Positions 25,304 to 38,787 of a DNA stretch of 64,000 nucleotides are shown one piece after another (position 1 is the stretch's first letter; each line of letters begins with the position of its first letter). A program made the position numbers and the translations under genes. The notes under the pieces were generated by a model, which saw only the letters and a list, made by a program, of their open reading frames with translations, did not search any database and had not been told where the DNA came from. The DNA comes from an uncultured delta proteobacterium (GTDB lineage: Bacteria > Myxococcota > Myxococcia > Myxococcales > Myxococcaceae), in contig CAVYSY010000002.1 of assembly GCA_963771175.1 (NCBI GenBank), forward strand, positions 32,001 through 96,000. The letters run 5' to 3'.

Positions 25304-26635
25304 ATGGACCTCTTCGAACATGCCAGCCAGAAGGACGAGGCCGCCCTGGCCCCTCTGGCGGAGCGGATGCGTCCCACCCGCCTGGAGGAGTTCGTCGGGC
25401 AGGAGCACCTGACGGGCGAGGGTCGCTTCCTGCGCCGGGCCATCCAGCATGACCAGGTGCCCTCGCTCATCCTCTGGGGCCCCCCGGGGACGGGCAAGAC
25501 GACACTCGCCCACCTGATCGCCCGCTCCACGGGTGCCGCCTTCGATTCGCTCTCCGCCGTGCTCTCCGGCGTGAAGGACATCCGCGAGACGGTGGCCCGG
25601 GCCCAGGAGCGCTGGAAGATGAACCGCCAGCGCACCATCCTCTTCGTGGACGAAATCCACCGCTTCAACAAGGGGCAGCAGGACGCGCTGCTGCCCCACG
25701 TGGAGAAGGGCACCGTCACCCTCATCGGCGCCACCACGGAGAACCCGTCCTTCGAGCTGAACGCCGCCCTCCTCTCCCGCGCGCGCGTCGTCACCCTGCG
25801 CGGGCTGGAGGAGGAGGAGTTGGTGGCGCTGCTGCACCGGGCCGTGGCGGACCCGAAGGGACTGGGCGGCAAGGTGCAGGTGGACGAGGAGGCCCTGACG
25901 TTCATCGTCCAGGCCTCGGGAGGGGACGCGCGCAAGTCGCTCACCGCGCTGGAGGCGGCGGCGGCGCACGGCGGCACCCGGGTGGACAAGGCCATCGCCG
26001 AGGAGGCCCTGCAGCACAAGGCGCTCCTCTACGACAAGGCCGGCGAGGAGCACTACAACGTCGTCAGCGCCTTCATCAAATCCATGCGCGGCTCGGACGT
26101 GGACGCGGCGCTCTACTGGATGACGCGCATGCTGGAGGCGGGCGAGGATCCCGTCTTCATCTTCCGGCGCATGGTCATCTTCGCCTCGGAGGACATCGGC
26201 AACGCGGACCCGAGGGCGCTGGGCGTGGCGGTGGATGCGCTCCGGGCCTTCGAGCTGATGGGCCTGCCCGAGGGCACGCTGCCCCTCACCCAGGCGGTGA
26301 CGTACCTGGCGCTGGCGCCCAAGTCGAACGCGGTGCTCACCGCGTACGCCGCGGCGCGCGCCGCCGTCACCGAGGGAGGGCCGCTGCCCGTGCCCATGCA
26401 CCTGCGCAACGCCCCCACGAAGATGATGAAGTCGCTCGGCTACGGCGCCGGCTACAAGTACCCGCACAACTTCGAGGGCAACTACGTCCCCGAGGACTAC
26501 CTCCCCGACGCCCTGCGCGGCCGGCGCTTCTACCAGCCCACGCACAACGGCTTCGAGCACGAGCTGGCCGAGCGCTACGAGGACATCCAACGCCAGCTCG
26601 AGGGCCGCACCCGCGAGCCGGGCGAGGAAGGCTAG
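25304..26635 (+). CDS. rarA: Replication-associated recombination protein A (MgsA/RarA)
   Basis: Intact; [47 protein letters not shown]. Confidence 0.96.
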   Translation: MDLFEHASQKDEAALAPLAERMRPTRLEEFVGQEHLTGEGRFLRRAIQHDQVPSLILWGPPGTGKTTLAHLIARSTGAAFDSLSAVLSGVKDIRETVARAQERWKMNRQRTILFVDEIHRFNKGQQDALLPHVEKGTVTLIGATTENPSFELNAALLSRARVVTLRGLEEEELVALLHRAVADPKGLGGKVQVDEEALTFIVQASGGDARKSLTALEAAAAHGGTRVDKAIAEEALQHKALLYDKAGEEHYNVVSAFIKSMRGSDVDAALYWMTRMLEAGEDPVFIFRRMVIFASEDIGNADPRALGVAVDALRAFELMGLPEGTLPLTQAVTYLALAPKSNAVLTAYAAARAAVTEGGPLPVPMHLRNAPTKMMKSLGYGAGYKYPHNFEGNYVPEDYLPDALRGRRFYQPTHNGFEHELAERYEDIQRQLEGRTREPGEEG

Positions 26636-28098
26636 GAGGCTGCCTCCAGGGCGTCGTCGTCCTCATCCTCCTTGGAGCGCTTCATGGTGCGCCCCGCCAC
26701 CTCGTACTGCTTGAGGAGACGGCGGAAGTTGGAGCGATCGACGCCCGCGGCGCGCGCGGCGCTGGAGACGTTGTGGTTGTGCTTCTCGAGCAGCGCGGTG
26801 AGGTAGCGCCGCTCGAAGGCGCGCATGGCCAGCCGCTTCGCCTGGGCGTACGGCAGGTGCGCGAGGCTGAAGACCTCGACCTGGGCGCCGGCCTGCGGCG
26901 CGTCCTGGAAGCCCGGCGGCAGGTCGTCGGCGTCCAGCACCTCCTTGGAGGTGAGCACCACCGCGCGCTCGATGACGTTCTCCAGCTCGCGCACGTTGCC
27001 CGTCCAGCGGTTGCAGGTGAGGGCCTCCATGGCGCGCGGCGTGAAGCCCGTCACCTTCCGGCCCACCTTCGCCGCGTACAGCTTGAGGAAGTGGTGCGCC
27101 AGCAGCGGGACGTCCTCGGGGCGCTCGCGCAGCGGCGGCAGGTCGATGGTGATGACGTTGAGCCGGTAGAACAGGTCCTCGCGGAACTTGCCCTGCTCCT
27201 TGGCCCGGTTCAGGTCCACGTGCGTGGCGGCGATGACGCGCACGTCCACCTTCACCGGCTCGTTGGCGCCCACGCGCTTGACCTCGCCCTCCTGCAGCAC
27301 GCGCAGCAGGCGCACCTGGGTGGCGGGCGGCACGTCGCCAATCTCGTCGAGGAAGAGGGTGCCGCCGTCGGCCGCCTCGAAGAGGCCCTTCTTGTTGCGA
27401 GGTGGCGCCGGTGAAGCTGCCCTTGACGTGGCCGAAGAGCTCGCTCTCCAGCAGCGTGTCCGTGAGCGCCGAGCAGTTGACCGCCACGAAGGGCTTGTCC
27501 TTGCGCGCGCTGCGGTAGTGGATGGCCCGCGCCACCAGCTCCTTGCCCGTGCCGCTCTCGCCCTGGATGAGCACCGTGGCCGTCGAGTGGCTCACCGTCT
27601 CCACCAGCTTGAAGACGCTCGCGCATCTGCGCCGACTGGCCGATGAGCTCCTCGAACTGGTTGCGCGACGGTGAGCGCCTCCTCCAGCGCGCGGGTCCGG
27701 TCCCTCAGCGCCTTGCGCTCGGCGGCCTTGGCCACCGTCATGCTCACTTCGTCGATGTTCTCGAAGGGCTTGGTGAGGTAGTCGTACGCCCCGGCCTTCA
27801 CCGCCTCCACCGCCGTCTCCACGGTGGCGAAGGCGGTCATCATGATGACCTCCACCTCCGGCCGCGCCGCCTTGATACCGCGCAGCAGGTCCATGCCGGA
27901 CAGGTTGGGCATCTTGATGTCCAGGATGGCCACGTCGATGGACGGGTCCTTCGCCGCCGTCAGTCCCTCCACGGCGTCGTCGATGGAGACGACCTGGTAG
28001 TCCTCCCGCTTGAGGATGGACGTGACCGCCTTGAGGACGATCTGATCGTCATCCACGACCAGGATCTTCGCGCGCTTGGCAGATGGCTGCGGGTTCAC
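26632..28098 (-). CDS. Sigma54-dependent response regulator (REC-AAA-HTH; indels)
   Basis: [57 protein letters not shown]. Confidence 0.94.
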
Positions 28099-29685
28099 GG
28101 CAACCTCTCGAGCTGCAGGGGGATGGGGATGTAGACGGTGAAGCGCGAGCCCTCACCCATCTGGGTGTCCACCTTGAAGACCCCACCATGGTCCTCGATG
28201 ATGCGGTACGCGATGGAGAGCCCCAGGCCGGTGCCCTGGCCGGGTGGCTTGGTGGTGAACGCCGGATCGAAGATGCGCGCCAGGTGGCGCTCCTCGATGC
28301 CCGCCCCCGTGTCGACGACGCGGAAGAAGCAGCGATCTCCGTCCCGGCCGGTCTCCAGAGTCAGCAATCCCCCCTCGGGCGGCAGTGCATGCAGCCCGTT
28401 CTGCAGCAGGTTGAGCATCACCTGCGCCAACTGTCCCGGGTCTCCGAACAGCTCCGGCAGGTCCGGCGCCAGCTTCAGCTCCATCCGCACCTTGGAGTAG
28501 GACTTGAGCTGCGCCCCGAAGAGCACCGCCGAGTCCTCCGCGCACCTGTTGAGCTGGAAGGCCCGGCGATCCTCCGTCCGGCTGTGCCGGCTGAACTTCA
28601 GCAGGCTCTCCACGATGCGCTTGCAGCGCAGTGCGCTCTCCTCGATGAGCTCCAGCGACTCGATGTCGGCGGCGCTGCGGCCCTCGTCGCGCTTCATCAG
28701 CTGCGCGAAGGCGAGGATGCCGCCCAGCGGGTTGTTGATCTCGTGCGCCACGCCGCCGGCGAGCTGACCCACCGCCGCCATCTTCTCGCGTCTCGATGAG
28801 CCGGCGCGTCAGCTCGCGCTCGTCGGTGATGTCCCGGTAGGAGCACACCGCCCGCCCCTCGCCCGTCAGCGGATAGGCCGCCACCGCGTAGGCGCGCCCG
28901 CGCTGGGAGATCTCCGCGCGAGCACCCCGGCCGCTCTCCATGGCCCCCGGCAGCGGGCAGCCCTGGCAGGGCGTGTCCCGGTCGAACAGCAGCTTGTGGC
29001 AGGGCTGCTCGCCGCCGCCCTCCTCGGACAGCGGCTCCGCGAGCCGGCTGCCCGCGAGGTCCGTGTACGCGCGGTTGGCGCGGCGCACCCCGTAGTCCTT
29101 GGCGCGCACCACCGCCATGGGCGACTCGATGGAGTCGAAGGACAGCTCCCACTCGCGCTTGGCCTGGCTCAGCAGGTGGGTGCGCAGCGCCACGCGCGTC
29201 TCCAGCTCCGCGTTGAGCCGCCGCAGCTCCTCGTTCTGCTGCTGCGTCACCCGCAGCAGCCGCTCGTTCTCCGCCTGGAGCGCGTACTGCTCGAACGCGC
29301 TCTTGACCGTCAGCACCAGATGGCTGTCGTTCCAAGGCTTGGAGATGAACCGGAAGATCTCCGACCGGTTGATGGCCTCCTCGATCGCCTGCTGATCGGC
29401 CTGGCCGGTGAGCATGATGCGCTGGGCCCGCGGCACCTGCGCCTTCACCCGGCTGAGGAACTCCACGCCGTTCATCCCCGGCATCCTGAAGTCGGAGATC
29501 ACCACCTCGGGCGTGAAGCGCTCGAGGGCCTTGAGGCCCTCCTCCGCATCAGAGGCCGTCTCGATCTGCCAATCGCCCCGACGAAGCACCCGCCGGATGG
29601 ACTTCAGGATGTACTCCTCGTCGTCCACCAGCAGCAGCCGTCCGCGTGGCACCGCTCCCTGTGTCTGCGCCAGTTCCAGTGGCAA
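28095..29685 (-). CDS. Hybrid histidine kinase (REC-PAS-like-HisKA-HATPase; indel near 28790)
   Basis: LLLVDDE, SDFRMP, KPW; AHEINNPL, NLLQN, DTGAGI, FTTK, GTGLGL. Confidence 0.92.
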
Positions 29686-29713
29686 CCTCGTCTGGGTCCG
29701 AGACCCGAGCATT

Positions 29714-29729
29714 TGCAATGACGCTGCCA
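29714..29729 (-). promoter_or_regulatory. Sigma54 (-24/-12) promoter of the HK-regulator operon
   Basis: Minus strand TGGCAGCGTCATTGCA matches TGGCAC-N5-TTGC spacing. Confidence 0.65.
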
Positions 29730-29862
29730 ACGTCCAACACCTCGCAAAGCGCCCGGATACCGGGTACTTCCGCACCCGGGGCTCGCTCCCACCCTGGGTC
29801 CCTTCATACCCTGACCCTCAAATCGGGTCAATGATGACCCAGCCCGAGAGGGAGGAGAAGCG

Positions 29863-30807
29863 TCAGCGGGGGGCGGAGCCGTCGAGCGGCGCGGGGGTGG
29901 CGTGGAGGCAGATGCGGTTCCGGCCCTCGCTCTTGGCGCGGTAGAGGGCCTGGTCGGCGGAGCGCACGAGCTGCTCGGGGCTGTTGACCGCCTGGTGGGG
30001 GAACGAGGCGATGCCCAACGAGGCGGTGACGGCCAGGCGGCGCTGGGGCCCGGTGCGCAAGGCGCCGACCTCGCGCCAGACGCGCTCGGCCACCGTGAGC
30101 GCGCCGGCCAGCGGGGTGCGCGGCAGGAGGATGGCGAACTCCTCGCCGCCATAGCGAGCGAGCAGGTCCGTCTCGCGCACGCTGCGCTGGAGGGCGGCGG
30201 CCACGTCGCACAGCACGGTGTCGCCCACCTGGTGGCCGTGCTCGTCGTTGAAGGCCTTGAAGTGGTCCAGGTCGATGAGGATGAGCGACAGCGGATCGTC
30301 GTAGCGCTGGGCCCGACGGAACTCCTCGCGCAGCCGGTCCTGGAAGTAGCGGTGGTTGTGGACCTGGGTCAGCCCGTCGGTGATGGAGAGGCGCTCCAGG
30401 GAGTGCACCCGCGCGGTGAGAGCTCGTTCAGGCGCTGCCGCTCGTGGAGGCAGCGGGCCATGCGGGCCAGCAGCTCCTCCGTGTCCACGGGGGTGCGCAC
30501 CACCTCGGCGCCAAGCCTCAGCGCGGCCAGCACCGCCGCGCGCTCCTCGGCGGGCACGAGCGCGATGAGGGCGGGGCCCAGCCCGTTCGTCATCCCGGGC
30601 CACCAGGTGCTGCAGCAGCGCCCGGGAGGGCCCGCCCGCGGGACCCAGGACGAGGAGCACCAGATGGGCTTCGTCGATGAGACGCTGGGCCTCCGAGCCG
30701 GCGGAGACCAACCGGACGGAGAACCCCTCCTGCTCCAGCGCGCTCGCGAGGCCCGCCTGCCGCTCGGGCAGCTCGTCCACCAGCAGAATCAGGCGCCTGT
30801 CTCCCAC
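29863..30807 (-). CDS. Diguanylate cyclase with degenerate receiver domain (compensating indels)
   Basis: TDGLTQVHN, DLDHFKAFNDEHGHQVGD, RETD I-site, RYGGEEF, ADQALYRAK. Confidence 0.92.
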   Translation of the reverse strand: MGDRRLILLVDELPERQAGLASALEQEGFSVRLVSAGSEAQRLIDEAHLVLLVLGPAGGPSRALLQHLVARDDERAGPRPHRARARRGARGGAGRAEAWRRGGAHPRGHGGAAGPHGPLPPRAAAPERALTARVHSLERLSITDGLTQVHNHRYFQDRLREEFRRAQRYDDPLSLILIDLDHFKAFNDEHGHQVGDTVLCDVAAALQRSVRETDLLARYGGEEFAILLPRTPLAGALTVAERVWREVGALRTGPQRRLAVTASLGIASFPHQAVNSPEQLVRSADQALYRAKSEGRNRICLHATPAPLDGSAPR

Positions 30808-30942
30808 ATCTTCTCCCCACCACGAGCCAAGCTCCGAAGCTACCACGCCAGCCCCACCTCGGCGACCGTTGGATTGCGCTTGCCCCGCGATGTTTGATAC
30901 CCACCCGCCTCTGTCACGGTAGCGCTCCTCCGAGGTTCCATC

Positions 30943-31746
30943 GTGGGCAACTCCCCTCCCAGCATCAGCCTCTTCTTCCCCGCCTGGAACGAGGAGGACT
31001 ACGTCGAGCGCTCGGTCTCCCGCGCCCTGGAAGTGCTCCCCAAGCTGACGAACGACTTCGAGATCATCGTCGTCAACGACGCCTCCACGGACCGCACCCA
31101 GGAGATTTGCGAGGAGATGGCCGCGCGCATCCCCCAGCTCCGGGTGATCACCCACCCGGTCAACCTGAAGCTGGGCGGGGCGATGCGCACCGGCATGTCC
31201 GCGTCCACCAAGGACATCGTGGTGTACTCGGACATCGACCTGCCCTTCGACCTGAGGGAGCTGGAGCGGGCCCTGCACCTGATGAAGTACCTGGAGGCGG
31301 ACATGATCTGCGCCTTCCGGTTCGACCGCACCAGCGAGGGACCGAAGCGCATCGTCTACTCGTTCGCCTACAACCTGCTCATCCGCACGCTGTTCGGTGT
31401 CCACGTCAAGGACATCAACTTCAGCTTCAAGGTGATGCACCGGCGGGTGCTGGAGGCGGTGGAGCTCAACAGCCAGGGCTCGTTCATCGACGCCGAGCTG
31501 GTGGTGAAGGCCATCCACCAGGGCTTCAAGGTCTTCCAGATGGGCGTGGACTACTTCCCGCGCACGCGCGGCGTGTCCACGCTGTCCTCGCCCACCGTCA
31601 TCCTGAAGATGGTGCGGGAGCTGATGAAGCTGTACCCGGAGACGCGCCACCCCCAGGTGGCCAGGCGCCCGGTGCGGCTGCCGCCCACGGTGGCCACGCT
31701 GCACGGCACGGCGCGCGAGCGCGAGCGGACGCGCGGCCACGGGTAA
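30943..31746 (+). CDS. GT2 glycosyltransferase (polyprenyl-phosphate sugar synthase-like)
   Basis: FFPAWNEE, VVNDASTDRT, YSDID, DINFSFK, FIDAEL. Confidence 0.92.
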   Translation: MGNSPPSISLFFPAWNEEDYVERSVSRALEVLPKLTNDFEIIVVNDASTDRTQEICEEMAARIPQLRVITHPVNLKLGGAMRTGMSASTKDIVVYSDIDLPFDLRELERALHLMKYLEADMICAFRFDRTSEGPKRIVYSFAYNLLIRTLFGVHVKDINFSFKVMHRRVLEAVELNSQGSFIDAELVVKAIHQGFKVFQMGVDYFPRTRGVSTLSSPTVILKMVRELMKLYPETRHPQVARRPVRLPPTVATLHGTARERERTRGHG

Positions 31747-31750
31747 CGAG

Positions 31751-32626
31751 GTGAGACAGGCTCGCACACGGCTCGTCGTCAACGCGGACGACCTCGGGCT
31801 GCACCCGGCCCTGGACGCGGGCATCCTCCGGGCCCACCGCGAGGGCATCGTCACCAGCGCGACCGTGCTGGTGGGCGGCCCCAGCGTGGAGGAGGCCGTG
31901 GCGAAGGCGCGGGCGCAAGGACTGGCCCTGGGCGTCCACCTCGCCCTCTCCACCCAACTGCCCCCGGCCGCTCCCGCCTCGCACGTGCCCACGGTGGCCC
32001 CGGGCGGGCGGATGCGCGCGAGCTGGGCGGACTTCGCTCGGGCGTGGTTCACCGGACAGGTGCGCCGCGAGGAGCTCGAGCGGGAGCTGGCCGCGCAGGT
32101 GTCACTCGCTCGGGCACTGGGCGTGGAGGTGGACCACCTGGACGCACACCAGCACCTGCACCTGCTCCCGGGCGTGCGCCCCCTGGTGGAGGCCCTGGCG
32201 CGGCGGGAGGGGCGTGCCCCTGCGCTGGCCGGACCGGCTCCCCCGCGTCTCGTGGCTGCGAGCCCCCGGGCCGGCGGTGAAGACGTCGCTGCTCACCCTG
32301 CTGGCCCGCGCCGCGCCGAAGCCGCTGGAGGGGGTGCGCCGGGTGAGCGCGGGTGGCGTCTTCGAGGCGGGCCAGCTCACCGAGGCCGCCCTGCTCTCGC
32401 TGCTGAAATCGCTGCCTCCGGGAGACTTCGAGCTCGGCTGCCACCCGGGCGAGGGCACGCCCCCGGGTATCCGAGGACCCAGGGTGGACCTATGGCTGGC
32501 AGTCCGAGCTGGAGGCCCTCACGAGTCCCCGGGTGCGGGCGCTCGCTCGAGGTGCTGGGCGTGGAGTTGACCACCTACGCCGCGCTGTCCGCGCCCGCGG
32601 CCTCGGCGGTCGCCTCCGCCACGTAG
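31751..32626 (+). CDS. ChbG/HpnK (YdjC) family deacetylase (indels)
   Basis: VVNADDLG, GIVTSAT, LGVHL, DHLDAHQHLH, ELGCHPG. Confidence 0.9.
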   Translation: MRQARTRLVVNADDLGLHPALDAGILRAHREGIVTSATVLVGGPSVEEAVAKARAQGLALGVHLALSTQLPPAAPASHVPTVAPGGRMRASWADFARAWFTGQVRREELERELAAQVSLARALGVEVDHLDAHQHLHLLPGVRPLVEALARREGRAPALAGPAPPRLVAASPRAGGEDVAAHPAGPRRAEAAGGGAPGERGWRLRGGPAHRGRPALAAEIAASGRLRARLPPGRGHAPGYPRTQGGPMAGSPSWRPSRVPGCGRSLEVLGVELTTYAALSAPAASAVASAT

Positions 32627-33270
32627 AGGATGTGGGGCGTGGAGTAGCCCGCCCCCAGCTCCACCGTCTCGCGCGGGGCGAAGCCGGCCCGCCGCAGCAT
32701 CGCCTCCATGGCGTCGCGAGGCTGGAGCACCAGCGCCCCCCCGGCCTTCGTCCGGCCGAGCAGCTTCACCATCACCACCTCCTGCGCGAGGCACTTGTAG
32801 TGCTTCCAGGAGCCATCGCCCTCGGCCTCCTTCAGCAGGAGCCGCCCGCCCGGACGCAGCAGCCGCCGGGCCTCGGCGAGGAAGCCGGGCCAGCGCTCCG
32901 CCGGGAGCAGGTAGAGGACGTCGCACACCACCACCGTGTCGAAGTGGCCCGGAAGGCGCTCGGCGAGCGACTCCACGGTGCCCACCTCGACCTTCACGTT
33001 GGGCAGGCGACCCGGGCCGGCCTGGGCCCACTCAATCTTCCGTGGGTCAGGATCGACCCCATGCACCTGGCGCGCGGGAGTCGCTCAGGGCGAGGAGGGC
33101 GGAGAGCAGCCCATGGCCGCAGCCCACATCGGCCACGGTGCCCCCAGCGGGGACGCGGGCGGCGACGGCCTCGAGCGGCGCGGAGAAGGCGCGGGCGTGG
33201 ACGTGGAAGCGCTCGCTCGGCGGGAGGCTGGGAGAAGAGCGCGAGGGCGGCGAGAGAGGGGAGCATTCAC
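32575..33270 (-). CDS. Class I SAM-dependent methyltransferase (indels)
   Basis: VADVGCGHG, GVDPD, DVLYL, LRPGGRLLLKE. Confidence 0.88.
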
Positions 33271-34404
33271 GAGACGTAGTGGTCCAGCGCCGTAAGGCGG
33301 CGACGAGGAGGACGAGCAACACGGCGCTGGTGGCGAGCACGCCCTAGCGCACGCGCGGGTCGCTCGCGCAGCAGCAGCGCGAGGGTGAGGAAGAGCGGGA
33401 AGGCGGAGAGGAGGTAGCGCCCCATGCCCATGAAGTCCTTGCTGGACAGGTGGGCATGCCCGACCAAGCACGGCGCGTACACGCCGTAGCCCCAGCCGAG
33501 CCGCCGGACGGTGGGCCACACCAGCGCGAGCGCCCCCAGGGTCAGACAGGCGCGCGTGACCCACCAGCCGCAGCGCATCGTCTCCACGTTGGACCGGGGA
33601 GAAGACGGTCTTGAACCAGCGCAGCTTCAGCCAGGTGCGCCAGCCGGGCTCCTGTCCCACCCGCGGCGACTGCACCTCGACGAAGGCGAAGGGCTCGCCG
33701 AAGGCGTGCCGAGGTAGAGCATGTAGAGGACGAAGCCGAGCGCGGCGAGCACGGGCAGCGAAGTCGAACGCGGTCCAGCGCTCTCCCCGCTGGCGCTTCC
33801 ACTCGAGCCGGCGCACCAGCAGGCCGAGCACCACCGCGGGAGCCACCGGCCGCGCCGCCGTGGCCACCGCGCCGAGCAGCACCGCCGGCCCCAGGTGGCC
33901 CCGCTCGAGCAGGAGGAAGGCGCCCACCACCAGCAGGAGGAAGAGCGCGTCGGAGTACATCACCCCGTAGAGGAAGAAGGCGAAGGGGTAGAGGGCGAGC
34001 AGCAGCCCGGCGTGGAGCGCGCCGTCTCGTCCACCCGGAAGCGCGCCCAGCGCAGGAAGAGCAGGAGCGCGAGCGGCCACACAGCAGGGTGACGAGCACC
34101 CCGGCCTGGTACACGTCCAGGCCGAGCGCCTCGAGCGGCGCGGATGGCCAGCGGGTAGAGCGGGAAGAAGGCCACGGGCTCTGCTCGCCGGGCGTGTAGC
34201 GGTAGCCCTCGCTCGGCGATGCGCGTACCAGCCCGAGTCGCAGCCCACCCAGCCCATCAGCGACGTACTCGTCGAGCCGGAGCCACCGGGGCCTCGGGGC
34301 TCTTGTGGTGGAAGCGCCAGGCGCGAGCCACCGCCGACGACGGCACAGGCGAGGACGGCGGCCAGGGCGACGAGGGCGAGGGTGCGGGACGCGGAGCGGG
34401 GCAT
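33267..34404 (-). CDS. GT-C membrane glycosyltransferase (PIG-V/mannosyltransferase-like; many indels)
   Basis: DSGWY, AFFPLYP, YPFAFFL...YSDALFL, GMGRYLLSAFP; multiple TM segments. Confidence 0.82.
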
Positions 34405-34550
34405 GGCGCCGGGGGCATCGTCCAGAAACGTGCCAGGGTCAAGCCCCGTGGGCAGCCGGTGCGACGGGGCCCCTGCCCCACCCACCTCACACGAGACTTT
34501 CCGCCCCGCCACCGTTCACCGACAATGCCGCTTCCCCACCAGGAGAGAGC

Positions 34551-36490
<1,940 letters not shown>

Positions 36491-36503
36491 CACGGGTGGA
36501 GAA

Positions 36504-36532
36504 CAGGGGGCTCCAGGAGAGGAGCCCCCTGC
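36504..36532. terminator. Hairpin between convergent genes
   Basis: CAGGGGGCTCC-AGGAGA-GGAGCCCCCTG inverted repeat. Confidence 0.55.
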
Positions 36533-36545
36533 CCTTCCGGCGTGA

Positions 36546-38787
36546 CTACCGCGAGTAGAACGTCTTGCCCGCCTTCACCATGTCCACCAGGTACGGCGCG
36601 GGAGTGAAGCGCTCACCGTACTTGTCCTGGAAGTGCTCCAGGCGGCGCAGCAACTCGGCGGGGCCGAGGCTGTCCGCGTAGCGGAAGGGGCCCCCGAGGA
36701 ACGGAGGGAAGCCCAGGCCGAAGATGGCGCCCACGTCGCCGTCGCGCGCGCTGCGGAGGATGCCCTCACCCAGGCAGCGCACGGCCTCGTTCACCATCTG
36801 GAGGGCGCACCGCTCGGCCATCTCGCGCGCATCGAGGTGCTTGCGGTTCTTCCCGTGCGGCAGGAGCTCGTAGACGGAGACGTCCACCTCCTTCTTCTTC
36901 TTGCCGTCGTAGGTGTAGAAGCCCTTCTTGTTCTTGCGACCCTGGCGGCCCTCGGACACCACCTTCTCCAGGGCCTCGGGCGCGGCCATGCGCTTGCCGA
37001 AGGCGGCCTCCATGATGGGGCCCACCTTCTGGGCCACGTCGATGCCCACCTCGTCCAGCAGGGTGATGGGGCCCACCGGGAAACCGAAGTCGACGAGCGC
37101 CTTGTCCAGCTCGGCGATGTCGGCGCCATCGGCCAGCAGGTGCGCGGCCTCGTTCATGTACGGCGCGAGGATGCGCGAGGTGTAGAAGCCCGGCCCGTCG
37201 TTGACGACGATGACCGTCTTGCCCTGCTTCTTGCCCATCTCCACGCAGGTGGCCGTCACCCAGTCGGCGGTGCCCTTGTGGGTGATGATCTCCAGCAGCG
37301 GCATCTTGTTCACCGGGCTGAAGTAATGCATGCCGATGACCTGCGCGGGCCGCTTGGAGCCCTTGGCCAGCTCGGTGATGGGGATGCTGGAGGTGTTGGA
37401 GGCGAAGATGCAGTTCTCGCCGGTGATGGCCTCCACCTCGCCGATGATGCGGTGCTTGAGGGACAGGTCCTCGAAGACGGCCTCGATGACCACGTCCACG
37501 TTCTTGAAGCCCTCGTAGTCGGTGCCACCGGTGACGAGCGCCATCTTCGCGGCCGCCTCGCGCCACGTGAGCGAGCGCCTCTTCACCCGCTCGTCGAAGA
37601 TGCCCTGCACCTGCTTGAGGGCGCGGCCCACGCCCGCGTCGTCCTTGTCCTTGATGCGCACCGGCACGCCCTGCAGCGCCGCGGTGACGTAGGCGATGCC
37701 GCCGCCCATCAGGCCGCCGCCGAGCACGCCCACCTTCTTCACCTCGCGCGGCTTCACGTCCGCGTTGGCCGTGCCGTTCTCCTTCTTGAGCGCGGTGGTG
37801 GCGAAGAAGATCTCCACCAGTCGCTTGGAGACGTCGGACACCACCAGCTCGCCGAAGAAGCGGGCCTCGGCCTCCAGACCCGCCGCGCGGCCGGACTCCA
37901 GGCCGATGCGGATGGCCTCGAGCGCCCGCTCCGGCGCCGGGTACTTGCCGCGCGTCTTCTTCAGGAGCTGCTTGCGCGCCTGATCGAAGAGGATCTTGCG
38001 GCCCAGCGGGTTGTCCTCGAGCGCGAGCTCGGTCCACATCTCCTTGTTGGCCAGCCCGAGGAGCAGCCCACCCAGGCCCCCCTTCCTGCCCTGCTGCGCC
38101 ACGCCCTTGAGGCCCTGGCCGCGGGGACGCTCCACCTTCAGCATGCCCTCGGCCAGCTCGCGGGCGCGCCGCACGGCCACCTCCGGAGGATGGGCACGGG
38201 CACCACCTCGTCCACCAGGCCCAGCTTCTTCGCCTTGGAGGGCTTCACGTTCTTGCCGGTGAGGATGAGGTCCAGCGCGGCCTGCGCGCCGATGAGCGCC
38301 GGCAGCCGCTGCGTGCCGCCCGCGCCGGGGATGAGGCCGAGCTGCACCTCGGGCAGGCCGAGCGTCGTCTTCGGGCTGTCGGTGGCGATGCGGTAGTCGC
38401 AGGCCAGCGCCCACTCCAGGCCGCCGCCCAGGCACGCGCCGTGGATGGCCGCCACCACCGGCTTGGGGAACGCGTCGAGCCGGTCGAAGCCCTGCTGCCC
38501 CTGGCGCGACGCCGCGCTGGCGTCCGCGGCCGTCTTGATGGCCTGAAGGGCATCGATCTTCGCGCCGGCGACGAAGTTGTCCTTCTTGCCGGAGATGAAG
38601 ACGACCGCCTTCACCGCGGGGTCCTTCTCCGCTCGGGAGAGCAGCGTCGCGAACATCTCGCCCGAGCCGGGGAGAGCGTGTTCACCGACTCGCCCGGCTG
38701 ATCGAACGTGAGGACCGCGACGTTGTCCTCGACCTGGTAGGTGAAGCCCTGCTTCGCCTCGAGCTCCTGAGCCATCATGGCAGCCAT
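36546..38787 (-). CDS. fadJ: Fatty acid oxidation complex alpha subunit (indels in the 5' part)
   Basis: FVAGAKI, CLGGGLE, LPEVQLGLIPGAGGTQRLP, VLGGGLMGGGIA, SNTSSIPI, GMHYFSPV. Confidence 0.95.

Noticed and set aside
29863..32052. 729-aa diguanylate cyclase with long N-terminus
   Set aside because: The upstream part is antisense to the GT2 and deacetylase genes; the real start is near 30807.
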